This document shows, in pieces, positions 39,401-54,400 of a stretch of 64,000 bases of DNA. A program made the translations under genes and the position numbers. Position 1 is the stretch's first letter; every line of letters starts with the position of its first letter. Source of the DNA: Phoronis australis (lineage: Eukaryota; Animalia; Phoronida); contig NMRA01000610.1 of the NCBI GenBank assembly GCA_002633005.1, positions 185,134-249,133 on the forward strand, written 5' to 3'. The notes under the pieces were generated by a model that was not told where the DNA came from, made no database searches, and saw nothing but the letters and a program-made list of their open reading frames with translations.

Positions 39401-42400
39401 TGCAAGTAAACACAGCTTAACTTAATAGGGTTAAAGTCCTGACTGAGAGGATAGTTGCATTATTACCCCTTGCAGATTACGCATAGCGGAGCCCGGAATG
39501 GCTAAAGTATATGGAAAGTAAAAAACAAGTGTACTATGTGGCTTTCTCACATCACAACTGAAGGATGTTAAACCTTGATCCTACTGCTTTAAGGTAAACA
39601 TTAACATAGCATTACATTGTAAACAGACCATACACAGTCAGCCACTTTAGCCTCATTCAACAAGATCGTGAAATCTCACAAACCTTGAGGTTGTCAGGAA
39701 GCTCTGCCCTGCCGGCATACCCAGGATTCATAGTAATGAAGACCGTGCACGACGGGTCTAGTGAGATGGTCGTACCCTCAAACATAAACGTCTTCGCTCG
39801 CTCAGCTATGGCTCGCTGGATACTTTGTACTTGTTGAGCAATCACAGATAGCACCTAGTGGCCAAACCAAAACTAGTGATTCACACGACATATTTTACTA
39901 ATAAACATAAATCTAATCGAAGGCCACAGGCTGGTGTTTTCTAAATCAATACTTTATTCAGCATTAAGCTATTTCTGTTCCATTTATTCTTGAACACACG
40001 AGTCTCACAAGAAATTCTTGTTTAAAATTCACTTTATAATATGTGATACTGGCTAGAGCAAGACTTCATATTTAAGATGTAGATCCCTGACTATGTGAAA
40101 CTCTACACTGTCAGCTACATTAGACAACAGATACCACTGCACAGCAATAATGACTGCCGGATGCTCAGCATTGTGGGTAATTACCACAAAATCAGAAGGG
40201 CAGCAGTAGATGTGGCTATTGCATTCAACGATAAGTTTTGTGTCAAAATGTGAAATCAATCTGTGATAATTTAAAATCATTGTTACCTCCAACTCAATCC
40301 TGTTGAATTCATCAAAACAGGCCCAGGCACCAGACTGTGCCAGACCCTTGAAGAACTTGCCCATAGCTTTGTAGTCCAGACCATCAGAACAGTTGAAGAC
40401 CACACACTGGAAAATGTCCAATAGGGGGCAACTACATAAAATGTCCAATAAGGGGGAACTAAAAAATGTCCAATAGGAGGCAACTACATAAAAGTTCATA
40501 AAAAATCAAGATTTTCCTTACAGAGTATTTCCTTTACTTCAAAGTTATTTTTCATGTGTTCACGTAAGAATGTTGTTTACCATTTAACGAATGAGTCAAT
40601 CATCCAATCAAAATCGCTGATGACATTAATTTACTATAAAATTTTGAGTATTTTGTTACTGTACAGACATATCATGACCGTGCATGTATGACAATATTCA
40701 TCCTGCTACCATTCTAATAAAATCTCAGCTAGAATGGTACATAGTGTAAAGTATTGTAACTTGTGTTTGTGCACACGTCTAAGTACAGTCTGTGTTATAC
40801 CTACAATAGTATGAAGACTGTGTTAACTACTTTACAGTAATAACTACTGTTGAAATAAAATGCAACAAAAGGACTGCTAGCAGTGAACATTGGCAAGAAT
40901 AGAATGAAACAAAATTAAAGGTGAATTGCTGCTATTTACAAACCTTGCACTCCAGTGTTGTACCTTATCAGGAAATAGTAAACGGTACATTCAAAGGTTT
41001 TATCAAGTCGTATGTAATACAATTTTGGTGTCGCAGAAGTCAGTGTTATTAGACTTATTCAGACAAACTAATAATAAATTTATTTAAAAATACTGTTGTT
41101 TAATGACTCTTTGAACTAACTTGCCAGTCACCCAAAGCCAACCATATCAGACACAAAACTTAATTTTCACGTTGCTATCAAGATTTATTAGTGCTCACAA
41201 TATTCTGTGATTCACAACTTGAAACACTCATGACAATCTCATTCCCTAATGCAATGCTAAAGTAAATCCATGACCTTTGACTTTCATGACCTCTGACCTC
41301 ACCTGTTTTGCCACAGCCTTGGCCAAGTCTTTGCAGGTCTCTGTCTTGCCTGTGCCAGCGGGACCCTCGGGAGCCCCACCCAGGTTCAACAACAAGGCAC
41401 CCATCAGAGTTCTAGACGACAGACAAATTGGATCCAGATTAAAACACAAAGCTCAACAGTTCACAATTTTCAAAGTAATTAGTGTTTGGCCAAATTAGAA
41501 GCAAGTGGAAAACAAAGCGATGCTACAGTGCAGCATGAAAACGAAGTTTCAATATTAGGCAAATACCATCATCAGGCACAATAGCCATACAGAAAAGAAC
41601 GAAATATCATTATGGTAACAGAAAGCTCACTTCAGGCTAGAACTGTGGTGAAGTGAAACTTCACAATGCAGAAATTTCTGCACTTCCTCTTTATCAAGTC
41701 TTCATTAAACACAAACAACACAAACAATGAAGAATTTCATGCTCATAACGCTACAAGAGGCAAAAAATTCATTTTTCAAGCAAAAGTGATGGCAATCTGA
41801 GCACAAGAAAATTTGAGACATTTTAGGCACCAAAAGATTAATAAGTAGAAATTCAGTCCCTTAACAATAGAAAGTGTTCACCAATGGTTTTATTTCCTAT
41901 CTATTTATCAATTTCATTGTCTTCATTAACGCCATAATTTCAACATCATTTCTAAAATCCATTGGCCAGGTCTATTTGCACTAACCTCCAGCCTGTTTAT
42001 ATTTGGCATGACGCGTTGGTCGTGTCTCCAGCCATCTTCAGGCGTTACTGTGTTCTTAGAAAAACAAGCACGGGTGTATGGCACACTCACAGAGGTCAAT
42101 GATGAGCATGGTTTTTATATTTTCTTGGCAACGCAAATAGGCTGGAGGTTGGCGTAAAAAGACCAATAGATTTTTAGAAACGATGTTACCACAGCACCAC
42201 CTTAAGGCAATTTTAAGAAGACAGCACAATTCTAAGTTATAATTTACCTGTAACACCTGTCTGTGAGAGGTGTGATAACGAGTCGACCGGTGTTACCCAG
42301 GTACTCGTACCCATACGGCACAGTGGTGGTGATCATTCGTACCATACACGACCTCTCCTCCCAGTAATATCGTAGTTGGCTGATCCAAGAGAAGTCCAGT

Positions 42401-45400
42401 TTACTGCTGACCCCTGTCTTACCCAGGTGTTCCACGACGTCGCGGGCTAGAATATTCAAAGAAAGAACAGTGAATGTCTTAGTTGCTAATATCCTGTACA
42501 ATCTTAACAAAGTAACGTGACCATTTGTTACAAACTACTTAATTTTCAAAAGACAATTAACATTTAAAGTATGACCATCCAACAACCTCTGGTCTATTCT
42601 ACTCTTTATCCAAAGCTGACACCTTTCCAATACACAGGCAGACACGGTGATGGAAATGAAAAGTTTTTAAAACATCATAATCCATTCTACCGACTAATTC
42701 TATCTTAAAATCTAATACAAAAATGGGAAGAATTACTTTTATGTAATCATGGCTGCTGCTGTGTTACATTTAACAATTAATAACTTTATTTAGACTGCAT
42801 AACCAAAGTATTTTTACATTCATTGACAAGTGATTCTGTTTCTTTTTCATGTGGAATATGGCAAAATTCATTAAATACATCAACTTAAAATACTTGTCAA
42901 AGGTCTCATCTGTTGGGCTATGGGAATGATTGATTATGCAACACTTATTGCTTATGGGTAATACCGTGCACGTCTATGACAATCAGCGCCCCCAGTGTTA
43001 TCCTGGCCATCTTGGTTAGTCTGCCTCGCACTAGAGAGACCACCTCATCAATCTGCCTGTTACTCAATTGAAGGTACCCGTCCAGGCCACCAGGGGTCTC
43101 TATAGCCTGCAATACATGATAGCCATAAATTAATCAATATTAATTAATTACGTTTTAAAAAATCAAATTAAATGATGCCATCAGAGAAGAATGTTAAAAC
43201 CAAGAGATGTAGATCAACATCAGCTCTGCTTCATCAAGCAGCAATTCAAATCGCTATTTTCCGGCAATGTTACAATAATTTGATAATTATTTCTGTCATG
43301 ACAATTAAATTGCAAATGCCATGACATTTTTTGACAATTAGGATTAAGGTAGTAGCCCTATCACAATTTTCAGACACCTTGTCTTAGTCAAAGTCAACGT
43401 TTCTATTTTGTAACAAGTGTTTTCCTGTACTAAAGGCAACAAACAATTCGCAAATCATAGTTTGTGGAACAGTTGAAGCTCACTGTCTGGAGAATAGCTC
43501 CGGAGGGGTGATGATCAGCTTCAAGGAGCAAGTGGCCTCCCCCTGCCAGCTGGATGCCCCCTGCCAGATGGATGCCCCTTGCCCTTCCCAAGACATCTGG
43601 GTGCCAGTTTGTTACCACCTGCTTTTTTACTAGGTTTCATCAAAAGTAAGCTAGTCTACCTGAGACACTTCAGTTGTCCAGTGGATGGAACTGGCGGCCA
43701 GAATGACCTGACCTGGCCAGTTGAGCACCCATTCTTTACGTGGCTTCTCAGAGTATTCCACCACAGATTTAGCCATTACTTCTCTGAGGCTGAGTTTCAT
43801 CACTTCCTCAACCTGAAACGACACAGATAGAAATGCCGTCAAAAGCCATGTACTAGATGGAGTTTCCTACTCAACTAAATATTTAATTATAAACTTAATC
43901 CCACTGTCCTCGGACTTTCCAACTTAACAGTCATATTGGAGTACTTTGAGAGTGTTGAAAAAGCAATTTGCAGTCAAACTGCTCCACTCCACAACATGCA
44001 AGAACGTTGCTTTCCAATGACCATTCTAAGATTTTCCAAAATACTTAAACTCATCAGTTTCCACAAATTAAATAAAGAAAAAGTCAGCACGTCCACCACC
44101 ATTGACTATTGGCTAACACAATTGCTAGAGCCTATTATCATACATTAACATCGTAATTATCCAAATTGAAGAAACTTACAGTTCGGTGCACAATATGGCA
44201 GACAGTCGAAAGTTCATTTTTGTTAAATTTCTCAACATAAATTACAACTTACAAGAAAATTTACTTGGCATGGTTTGTATGGCAAAGCAATTACTTAACA
44301 TTATTTGACGAAATTTTGAGCATTTGCAACAAAGTGGTAAGCCTCTGAAATATGGCAATTTTAGAAAATTGACAATTTTTTACCAAAAAATTTAATTACA
44401 ATAAATATCCAACAAAATATCAATCTCCATGGATGAGCAGACAAGTCTGTCAGCTGTATCCCCTCCCAGCCTGACATGACCTGCGACTCAGTTCTTCCAC
44501 GACCCAACCCACCTGCAGCAGCCATTTCTCCACCAATCCCTTTGCGTCTGCCGGTATAATCGTCTTGGCAAACTCCACCTTCTCTTTCTCGGCCGACTCC
44601 ATAGCAGTGATAACCTAGCGGTAAATATCGTAAAACAAAATTTAGTTTGAAATCAATAATCTGGAGACCATTCGTAGACCAAGATTCGTGGAATAAAAGC
44701 AAGATCTCGCAAGACCACGTGAGTCTTTCGTGGATAAGCTACAGAGCTTACTCGCCTATCCTAGCAAGATGGCAGCCAGTCAAGTGATTGGTTGGTGAGG
44801 TTGGAATGTTGAACTGTGCGAAGTGTTGAATTGTGGGATTGATTCACTGCTTCCCTTCCGTATGTCAAATATTTTCCACCACAAATGCAAGCTAATGACA
44901 CACAGTCTACAGAACACAGCCCAGCATCCAGGCACTCACACTATCACCCAAAGTTATAGTCATGGAACTTGCAGGCTAATTCCTTATCTAGTCTGCAATT
45001 GCTTGGTCAAATTAGTTAGAAATACAACATATACAGTAGCCATGATGTGAAAATGAAGTAGGCTGAAAATTGCCAAACGTTTTAAGAACGGATTTTGTGT
45101 TGAAAATGATTAGCTGCACTCAGCAGTGTCCAGTAAGTATCGTGACGTGGTGTTAGGGAATAACACAGCATGATGTGGGCTTTGTGAGCCCCCAAGGTAC
45201 GCCATTACTACAAAGGTCACCTATTGTCAGAACTTTTTGTTTTCGCATAAATTTACAAGTTGTCAAATGTAAATACAAATGCACTTTGTTTAGCATAGAT
45301 GATGTTCATTAATAGCATTCATTTGCCGTTTAGTTCCTGCTACACGCTAAAATTAGTTAGGAGCATGCAATTACATCTTTAAGGGGTGATGATGTGCTCA

Positions 45401-48400
45401 GTTGACAACAGTACTCACTTTATAGTGCAATGTTTTACACTCCTTTTGCCCGATTTGTTCAATCCCCGTGTACAACAAGGATACAAATGCATTCATCTAC
45501 TACCCACAAAACCCTCACCTTGTGGGGGTTAAAGGTCAACCTAGCGATGCCTTCAAAGCACTTCTTAAGATGAGGCTGGACACGTAGCGGATCTTTGGTC
45601 TCCGACAATATTTCCAAGAGCTCGTCATTAGACAGGAAGAAGAATCTGGGGAAGAAGAGCCTCTTCTTCTCCAGATAATCGTTGAGACCACGCTGGATGT
45701 CTTCCAACATGGACTCCGAGTGCTGCAATTTCTCTAACATCCGATCTTGCGAGATTACCACAAGTGCTTTTGTGTCCTTGACAGAGGTCTCCATTATGGT
45801 ACGCCTAGGAAAATAGAACGGGGAAAATTTGATTGATCAATGTGCTAAGAACTAAACTCCACCCACCTACAAAGCACCTTTACTACCATACGAAATAACC
45901 CCCCTTTGAGAAATCTGATACCCCCTAATACAGTCTTTGGAGAAACCCTAAAAATTATTTTAAGCAAAAAATCAAACCGTGATTACCTATTATTTTAAAG
46001 CATGAATGTGTGACTGTATACTTGTTTCTTTTTTGAATCAGATGTAATTATTCAATCATATTCTTGAATAAATATTAAAAAGGGGGATGTGTCAGACTGG
46101 CTAAGTCAAAAAGAAGCCGGATTACCTTAATTTTTAATGTTTCATCTGGTAAAATATCAGGAGAAAGTTTCAGGCAAGTTCTTCTTTGGTTCGATCTAAT
46201 TTTGATCGGATTATCCATATGATGTTTACCGACAACTACCATCCGACTGCTAAATTTAGAGTCAACTCTCTGGTACTTCAAGCACACAACTGAACGTGTT
46301 ATAAATTGCAAACTCGAAATATTTTTTCCACTGACTGCAAGTAAAGGCAGTATTAAATAAGAAACAGTTTATTTACTCAAGCACTCTGACATTTACAGCA
46401 ATATGTTTCTCATAAGTAAGCTACGGTGCCGTTGACAAAGTCAATCAAGTAAGGTCAGAGAACACGTGTAGCTTACCAATGCATATCGACCTCTTCAAAC
46501 ATCTTTCCTTCAACAGGAATCTGGTTTCTGATATCCTGAGATCCAAAGATGGGTTCCAGGTACAGCCAGGCCGCCTGCACCTTCAACCAACTGTCAAGAA
46601 TGTCCTTCATACGATGCTGGAAAACACGTCAAGACAATTATGAAAGTGAGGCTCTTTGATTGGAATTCTGTTAAGTTGCAGAACGCAGACAGAGTCTGTT
46701 GGATCGATATATCTTTTGCATAAAATTTAAACCAGGTAACAATTTAAGAGAGAAAAGTAAAGGTGAGCTCCGATTGACTTTCAGTATATTGCGTCTTATT
46801 CTATGAAGTCAAAGAGCACAGAGAGTCTTTTGACTCCAGATATCTCCTGAAGAAACATAATAACTTAACTGTCTATTATACAACATTACTACAGGTAGAA
46901 GTAAAAAAGAGAAGAGTAAAAACACACACTCATAACTCAACAGATAATTTTGACTTACTTTAAATAATTAAAAGGATGGCAAAAATAGACTCCTGTCCAA
47001 AAGGGACTTTCAGTCATTCAAAAAAATACAAAACACATTAATAATTACAAACGTCAAGGATGTTTGTTAGGAATGTTCACACTCAGGCACGTAACAGCAT
47101 CTTTAGACATCGAGTTCCGACTCAAGAAGACCCCATACCAGTTTGTGGTCCCAGTCGTTGATTTCCTTCTCAAAAGGGGCAATGAAGGGAGATCCCTTCA
47201 TGGTTGTTGTCTTGACAACGTGATCCTCTAATTGAACTTGCACGTCGTCGATGGCCGACAGGATACTGACACCAGTCTCCTTGTATGGGACGAAACTGAA
47301 GTTGACCACCTCCCACTCGTTCTTCATTTTGGACAAAGCCTAATGATGATAGAAAATTTATGTGTTTGAAAACAAAAGAAGAATTTTCATAACAAAACTT
47401 AGCAATATTTCCCAAATTCTGGACATAAACTGACAAAACTGACAATTTGGACTAACAACTAAACAGCAGACGCCACCTGTTGCCCAATGGCAACTCTATA
47501 ATCTACGAGCCATGTTAAAAAACACAAATATTCTACCATATATGTTCTGAATAAAGAATGTTTACACCACAGTCATAACATACCGACATCAAATAACTGG
47601 CAAGAGCACACGTCATTCAACCAGTTTGGAAATTTATTTAATTCGTGAGAGACATACAGGGCGATTGTGTGAGCATTCAAGGCTGGGCTATTCAAACCTG
47701 TAGGGGGTAATAAAACAACTATCACCTCAGCTATTACCATAAAGCCTTTGCTATGCTATGTTTACATACACAGTCCAACTGGGACAGTTGTTGACTAAGC
47801 GCAGGGTTCACAAAGAACTGCTTTCACTGACCTTGTATGTCAGTTTCAAAAGGCCTATTGTATATGAATGATACTGACAATTTACAGCCCTCCACAAAAT
47901 TATAAGCCACTATACGCACTAGTTAACATCCCCAAGCTCAAAATGTGTGAGTGAATGAGTGTGTAAATGATATTCCTTTATTTCCGTTTCATCTGTTCAA
48001 TATTTGTAATTTGAACTGTTTACTTTGGTCTGAATAATAAATAATTTTCTTGACCGTCTCCAGATCACGTCTGCATACAAGTAAGTTTGACTGACAGCAA
48101 AAGCTCCACTTACATTTTCCAGGGCAAACTCTTTGCTAGCCTGCGAGCTGACCCCCAGTAGGTCCTCCAAGTGTTTCTCTAGACCTAGCTGAAGCACCTC
48201 CAGCAACGGGGTGTCCTCGGCAGGAGACATGTCGAACCCAACCTAAAATGGACAAGAGCAGAATAAATTGCACAATTTGAACGCAGTTTTTGATTTGTAA
48301 GAACGAGAAAAAAATGCAACGTCCTTGTTGGCAACAGAAACAGAATCCTACGATGGTAAGGAATATTATGAGACTGATTTTATGAGTCGAGTAAATTTCA

Positions 48401-51400
48401 ACGTTTGTTTTTTCGCCAGCTATTACAGGATGAAATGCAGCTTTCACACAAGAGAAGGACAAATTCAAAGCTTCGTCAGCTGATTTTGATTTGTGCATTC
48501 AGTTGAGGGCCCTCTTGGAAAGCAGGGTTGTCACTGACAAGGCCACCCTCATCTTAAATATTACAATATTAAATAAACAGCCTCAGAGTGTCATCAATAT
48601 AAAATGTAAGGGTCATGACCTTTCTGACCTTTAACCTCAAGGCATACCTTCTCGTTCATCATTTCCCAATGTCGTTTCTTTATGCCGGGATTACAAAGAG
48701 CTTGAATAAGAGGCATGTTGATCTTGAATTTCTCCAGTTTGGCCTTGATTTGTGCCGAGGCCCTCAACGGTCCGCGATACTCGGGACTATTGAATATCTT
48801 TGTCAGCTTGTACGCAGTACGCCATAAGTTGTGTACCTAAACAAATACATGGTAACAATGAATGAACAATACAATGAGAACGAAAGAATGAAACCTCCAC
48901 TTTCTAAATGGCATCTGCATAATGGAGATATCCGTGGTCAATCAATTGCAGCCTTCTAATAATCAAATGTTGTGTAAAACCATGGTTTTCAAATTCAAGA
49001 ACTGGCATTGTCCCACTTTGAGAAAAATCGTAGATGAATCTAGATGATATTATTTATACAATAATTTCTTTTCTTATAACAATATGTGAAAAATCCTGTC
49101 TAGCCAAGACAACATTTGATTCAGACCACCAAATGGTAATAAAGCAGGTCTCTAATTTCTGTTATTTACTCATGACAAATCAGGAGTGATTGGGGAGTTT
49201 GTGAAGAACGTCAGGCCTTTCAATTTAACTTGCATGGTACCATGCTTGGCTTGTAAAATAATCTATCATGTCAACCCTTATAGTCTTGACCAATTAGGAA
49301 GGAACTGCCAGTTCTAACAAAACCAGAAATCCCTTCTAATCTAAGAAATGAACAATAATTGAAATCAAAAATAAATAACAGTATGTGGCATAAATTTAGA
49401 GTTTTGGACAGAAAATGAGTTCACAATATCTTTAAGTAAATTTCCAACATTAATTGAAAATTTGATGATTTTTCAAATAGAATTATTTCTATTTTCAAAG
49501 CACCCTTTATGGCTAGCATCCACCCCCTTTCATAATCACCATCACACCACAGACGCCACCTCCTGGCAAAAGCAGATACTAACCTCCTCCTCCACCTGTT
49601 CTGCGTTAACCTCCAACAGGGGGCCATTCATCCACTTGTCATACTGAGCATGGAATTTGACAGCATTTCGCCACAGTTTCTCATACGGCTCAAGGTTGTT
49701 GATCATATCGTTGATCTCCATGTAAGGTGTCTGTTGACCAGTGCTGAGCAGTGACTCTTCTTTGTTGATCGTGATTTTCTGTCAACATGAAAATCCACAG
49801 TTACGTAAGATTGGTTACCAGCAAAAACCCCTAATCATGGAATTGTCTCCCTCTTTTGTGCATGAAGAACCTAGTTTTCGAAATGTAGGGCTGATTCAGA
49901 CAAGTGATGACCCATTTAGTCAGCCTCATTCAGCTTTTCAATTCAGACAATGCTTTTGATGATTATTACTAATAACAGATTAGTATGTAACTGTAGAGTT
50001 AAACAGAACTGGCAAACTAAATTCATAAATTAAAGTAATCGATTTATTTATAGCGATATTAAAATAATAATGCTCCCATGAAAAACTTTCATGAATTGAG
50101 ACATTTACAATTTATTTTCCGAAGTCTGCGTTGAAAAGTCTTCACATTCAAAGCATTCTGATTATTCCTAAGGAGAGCAGACTGAACACATCCGGGTCAT
50201 ACAACTGTAAACCAAACATTAAATACTATCTCATATATACAGTCACAAACCTCTTTGTTGAACGCCTCCAGTTTTTCCGCAATCTGGTCCAGTTCATGGC
50301 AGTAACTCTCAGCCTCTGACATGCGGTCTTTCTGTGAGAAGCTTTTGATCATTTTGGCAGTGTCATCCAGGTCTTTCTTGAACCTCTTCTGCCAGCGACG
50401 GAGGTTCTTTAACTTGTCGTCATGTTCCCGTTGTAGTTTCTGCTCCCTGAAGGTAGAAAAGTCTCGTCACGTACTCAGTCATCACTACCTTGCAAATGTA
50501 TCTCAGTTGAAGGTAATAAAATTTGAATTGTTATTTTTTTAGTTTGTTTCCATGGGCAGAATGTGACTGAGTTCCTTCCCTAAGGGCATGATACATTAGA
50601 AACATTGCTCATTCCACAGTACCTTACACTTTGTCAATAGATACGTACAATAACAGCCACATTCAACCCATGGCAGTATAATGACAAGTTCCTTTTGTGT
50701 GAAGCATTGCAACTATGACATCAAGAATTAGTTAGTAATTAAAGCGTGATAAATAATTGGTTTGTGTAGTTGAACCTGGACAAAAAAACTGCTGAAAATT
50801 CTTGGCAATAGACCAAGTTGATACTTGAATTTGGAAACTGCTCTCCATCTAGATAAACGAGAGTAGTTTGCACTGAAAAATGAAGCCAGAATGCTACTTT
50901 AGGCTGCCACAAAGAATTGACTTTAGGACTTCTGTCAGAGTGTCTCGAAGCCTTTTATCATGAGGAACCCAGTCCAGTTCAACAATGGACATCCTTTGAT
51001 GATTGTCCCATAGTTGGAATTTGCTGAGGAAAACACATAAGCCCTCTGAATTCAATTCAGCTGCTTGGGCTGCTTGGTCACCTACGTAAGCCAGATGGTT
51101 CTCTACTGTGTGCCTGGGACTGGAGTAGTTGAAACTTGTGCTTCAGTTCACAAAATTAATTGGGTTTTGGCTGGGATTTTCACCTGTGCTAGGCCAGTCA
51201 CTTAAAGGGACTGGCACTAACTTGCAACTTACATGCTCTTCATAATGGGTAAGATTCTTGTCTGCCATGAGAACGTGTCATCATTCAGCCTCATGTCATC
51301 CTCCTGCAGGTGGGCATAGTCCATCAGGAACAACAGGTTCTGACCAGCAATGTCCAGTTTTTCCTGGAAACAGAACCACCCAACGTAGTCAGACTGTGAT

Positions 51401-54400
51401 TAATTCTTGAAGATATATGAAGATAGACTTTTAGGCAAAGACTCCGTGACTGTAATGAACTTTCTTGGAGTTTTTGTTTTGCCATTAAAAATTCACATGA
51501 CAATCAACAGTAACAGTTCCAAAAAACAGCAAATTTTCAAAGATAACCTTTTATTTCATATTAATTTCCCTCTAACTTTCCGCATAAGTTCAATAAAGCC
51601 AACTTTTGACAAAAATTCTGAATTTTCTCATTTACCTTCAGCTGCATCAGCTCCCCTGTAGTCAGGCGCTCTATGTAGTCAATGAGTGCGACCAACTCGG
51701 CCGTGTTATTGGCCGGGCTCGTGATCTTCCTCATGATATTCTCGTACTGTGACTTAATGCCCTTGTTGAACTTTCGACTCATGTTGACGACGTTCTCGGT
51801 AAGAATTCCCTCCAACTTTCGCGCCCGTTCGATCAGCCACTGAAACGGAAGACGTGAGGCTTTGAAGCATTTTCGTGCTCAATGACTAAGAATTAATTGT
51901 TAGAACAGGCCAATCAGAAAACATTAACTGCAAAATCGGACGAAAAACTCGCACATTTTTCAAACAGCAAGGGCAACAATAGGTTAATATTTCATAATGT
52001 AGACGTAACCTATTCAGTGTAGTCAGACCAGCAATAGTTTGTTATAACGTGCCCCCATCTCAAAATGCTGGAATGTTATATCCGGCTGCAACCATTAAGC
52101 CAGCGGCCCCTTTTACAGGAATAAACTCACTACACAAACACATAAGCGTGCTGACTTGAACAAACTGCAGACAAAAAACTACAGTTCAACATCTAACACA
52201 GTCCAACATCTAACACAGTCCAACATCTAACACAGTCCATCTTCATTTCTTTGTATGGACTAGGAACTTGGCTACATTCATCATGACGTTAATATTTTGT
52301 GATCTCATCAAGCGACCAAAACAAGTACTAAGTGAACACACAAGAGGGTGATGGGGAAAAATAATGTGCTTAATTTTGAGAGAATTAAAGCAACTATCGA
52401 GGGCCCACGACCTCATAGTACCAGCACATGACATTTTTTGCTTTAAGCTTTCTTATAATTAGAAAACGTGATACGGAAAAGGAGAAAATTATATTCGCAA
52501 ACCCCTTCAGTTAGTAATGTCCCTTTTACAGGTTCCCTAAACTGGCATTAAGCCGCCACCATTTCCGTCAATAACCAACTTGACATAGGTCATGTACCAT
52601 TTTTCCTTACAAGGCTTGAGAAAAACTGATAGTTTGCTATTGCATCATAGCAGGTTTGTTAAATTTATTTCTCACAACAGGTTAGTTTCACATGCCAAGG
52701 TAGTGTGGTCATCACAGGAAGTCCAAGCCGTTAATTATCACCAAGGAAACTATGTGAATGTCATGACTGCTTTGGTAAAGCAAATATGACTGCGAAGAAA
52801 GTTGATTTTTTGACACCAGAATATATGGTTCACAGTGGCATTAAGAAACAAAATAGCTCACTAAACTTTGTGCTGCTGAAAATTAATCTGTTTGTTTACG
52901 CCGACAGCACTATCTAGAGGACTTTGGAATACAAACACCCAACGGTGTGTTTTATTGACAAAACAAAGCGTACCCTGTTTATTTGTTGACAGTCGAGTAA
53001 GAACAGGTGCATAGGTACAAACACCGCCAGGGAACCAACTTCTGACGCCATCGTCTTGAGCTTCTCGATTTCGCGGACGTACTCTCGCAGGTGGCGCTCA
53101 CGGCTTATGAATTTTTTCACGTGATTGTCTGCGTCTTTGCTGAACAGGTACTTGAACTTGTTGTATACCTCTACGTACCTACAAAATGAATTAAAATGTT
53201 GGTAATACAAAATCCTCACAGAGCAAAAATTAATCGCCAAAAGTCTTAGAAAACTCAATGATAAGGTAAAATCTCACTATTTAGGACAGCTGAAACTTTA
53301 TTTTCTCATTTTTTCATATAAAATATATTGTACCAATGAAAGTAATTTAACACCCGTTGCTCAATATTAATTTTATAGCCTTTTGAGAACAAATGTCAAG
53401 ATGTTGCTTTTTTACAGCTAGGGCAAATTTCCACTCTGTCGTAGCTAATGCTCAGACTAGAGACAAGAAACGCAGTCGTCACACCCCCAAAGTCAAAATA
53501 ATACCCACACGCCTCATGCGCTTGTTTAGCTCAATTCACTGGCTCACAAACAAGACCCACTGAATGTCAAAGACGGTGCCAGATTGATTGACAAAATATG
53601 GCTTAATATGCAATCACGAACGCAGCTCCCGGCTCACTAAAATGGCCAACTAATGACCCAGCAAGATACACGAAAATGGAGTCAGTGCATCGTGTTTGGC
53701 ATTGTGGGCACACGTAAGTAAGTCCATAAACACTGTATTTTTGGGTGAGTAAGCCGTGTTTTGCGAGTCGGGTACCATGTTTGGTGGTCACTGAGCCGTG
53801 TTTGGTGGCTGCTTAAGTGATCCTACCACAAACAAAATGGTGTGATAACAATATTACAGCTTCACACATACCGTATTCGCCGTAATAACCGCCCAGGGCG
53901 CTTATAGGGGCATGGGCGGTTATTACGGCGAATACGGTATCTCTTTTATACACTCAGTTGTATTATACTGAATGGACTACATATTGCAATCAAGAGCCCA
54001 CTGATTTTCATTTCGCAATTTTATTCAAATTGGTGTCGCAGTGTCAGCACCAAGAACCATCAGACAGAATGCTCATCAACCACCTAGGATTTCCATACAA
54101 CACTGGCATTTCGAGGATGTACCGGGACAGTAAGAATTTGTTTTTTGTCCTTCTGTCGTCTGTTTCCATGTGACTTGTATTACTTAAGTATGAATGAAAA
54201 AAAATAATGATTTAAAACAAAAGAAAGAAAAAACACACTTAGGCATCTTCTTAATCCTTTTCAACTTACTTTGTCGGTCCGTGACTATTGGCCAGTACCG
54301 CGCGTTCCACTCGACTTTTGGCATCCATTATAACGATCTCCTCGAGCTCGACCGTCAACAGACACTTGGTCTCGATCTCGTCGACAGCCTGAAAGAGGAA

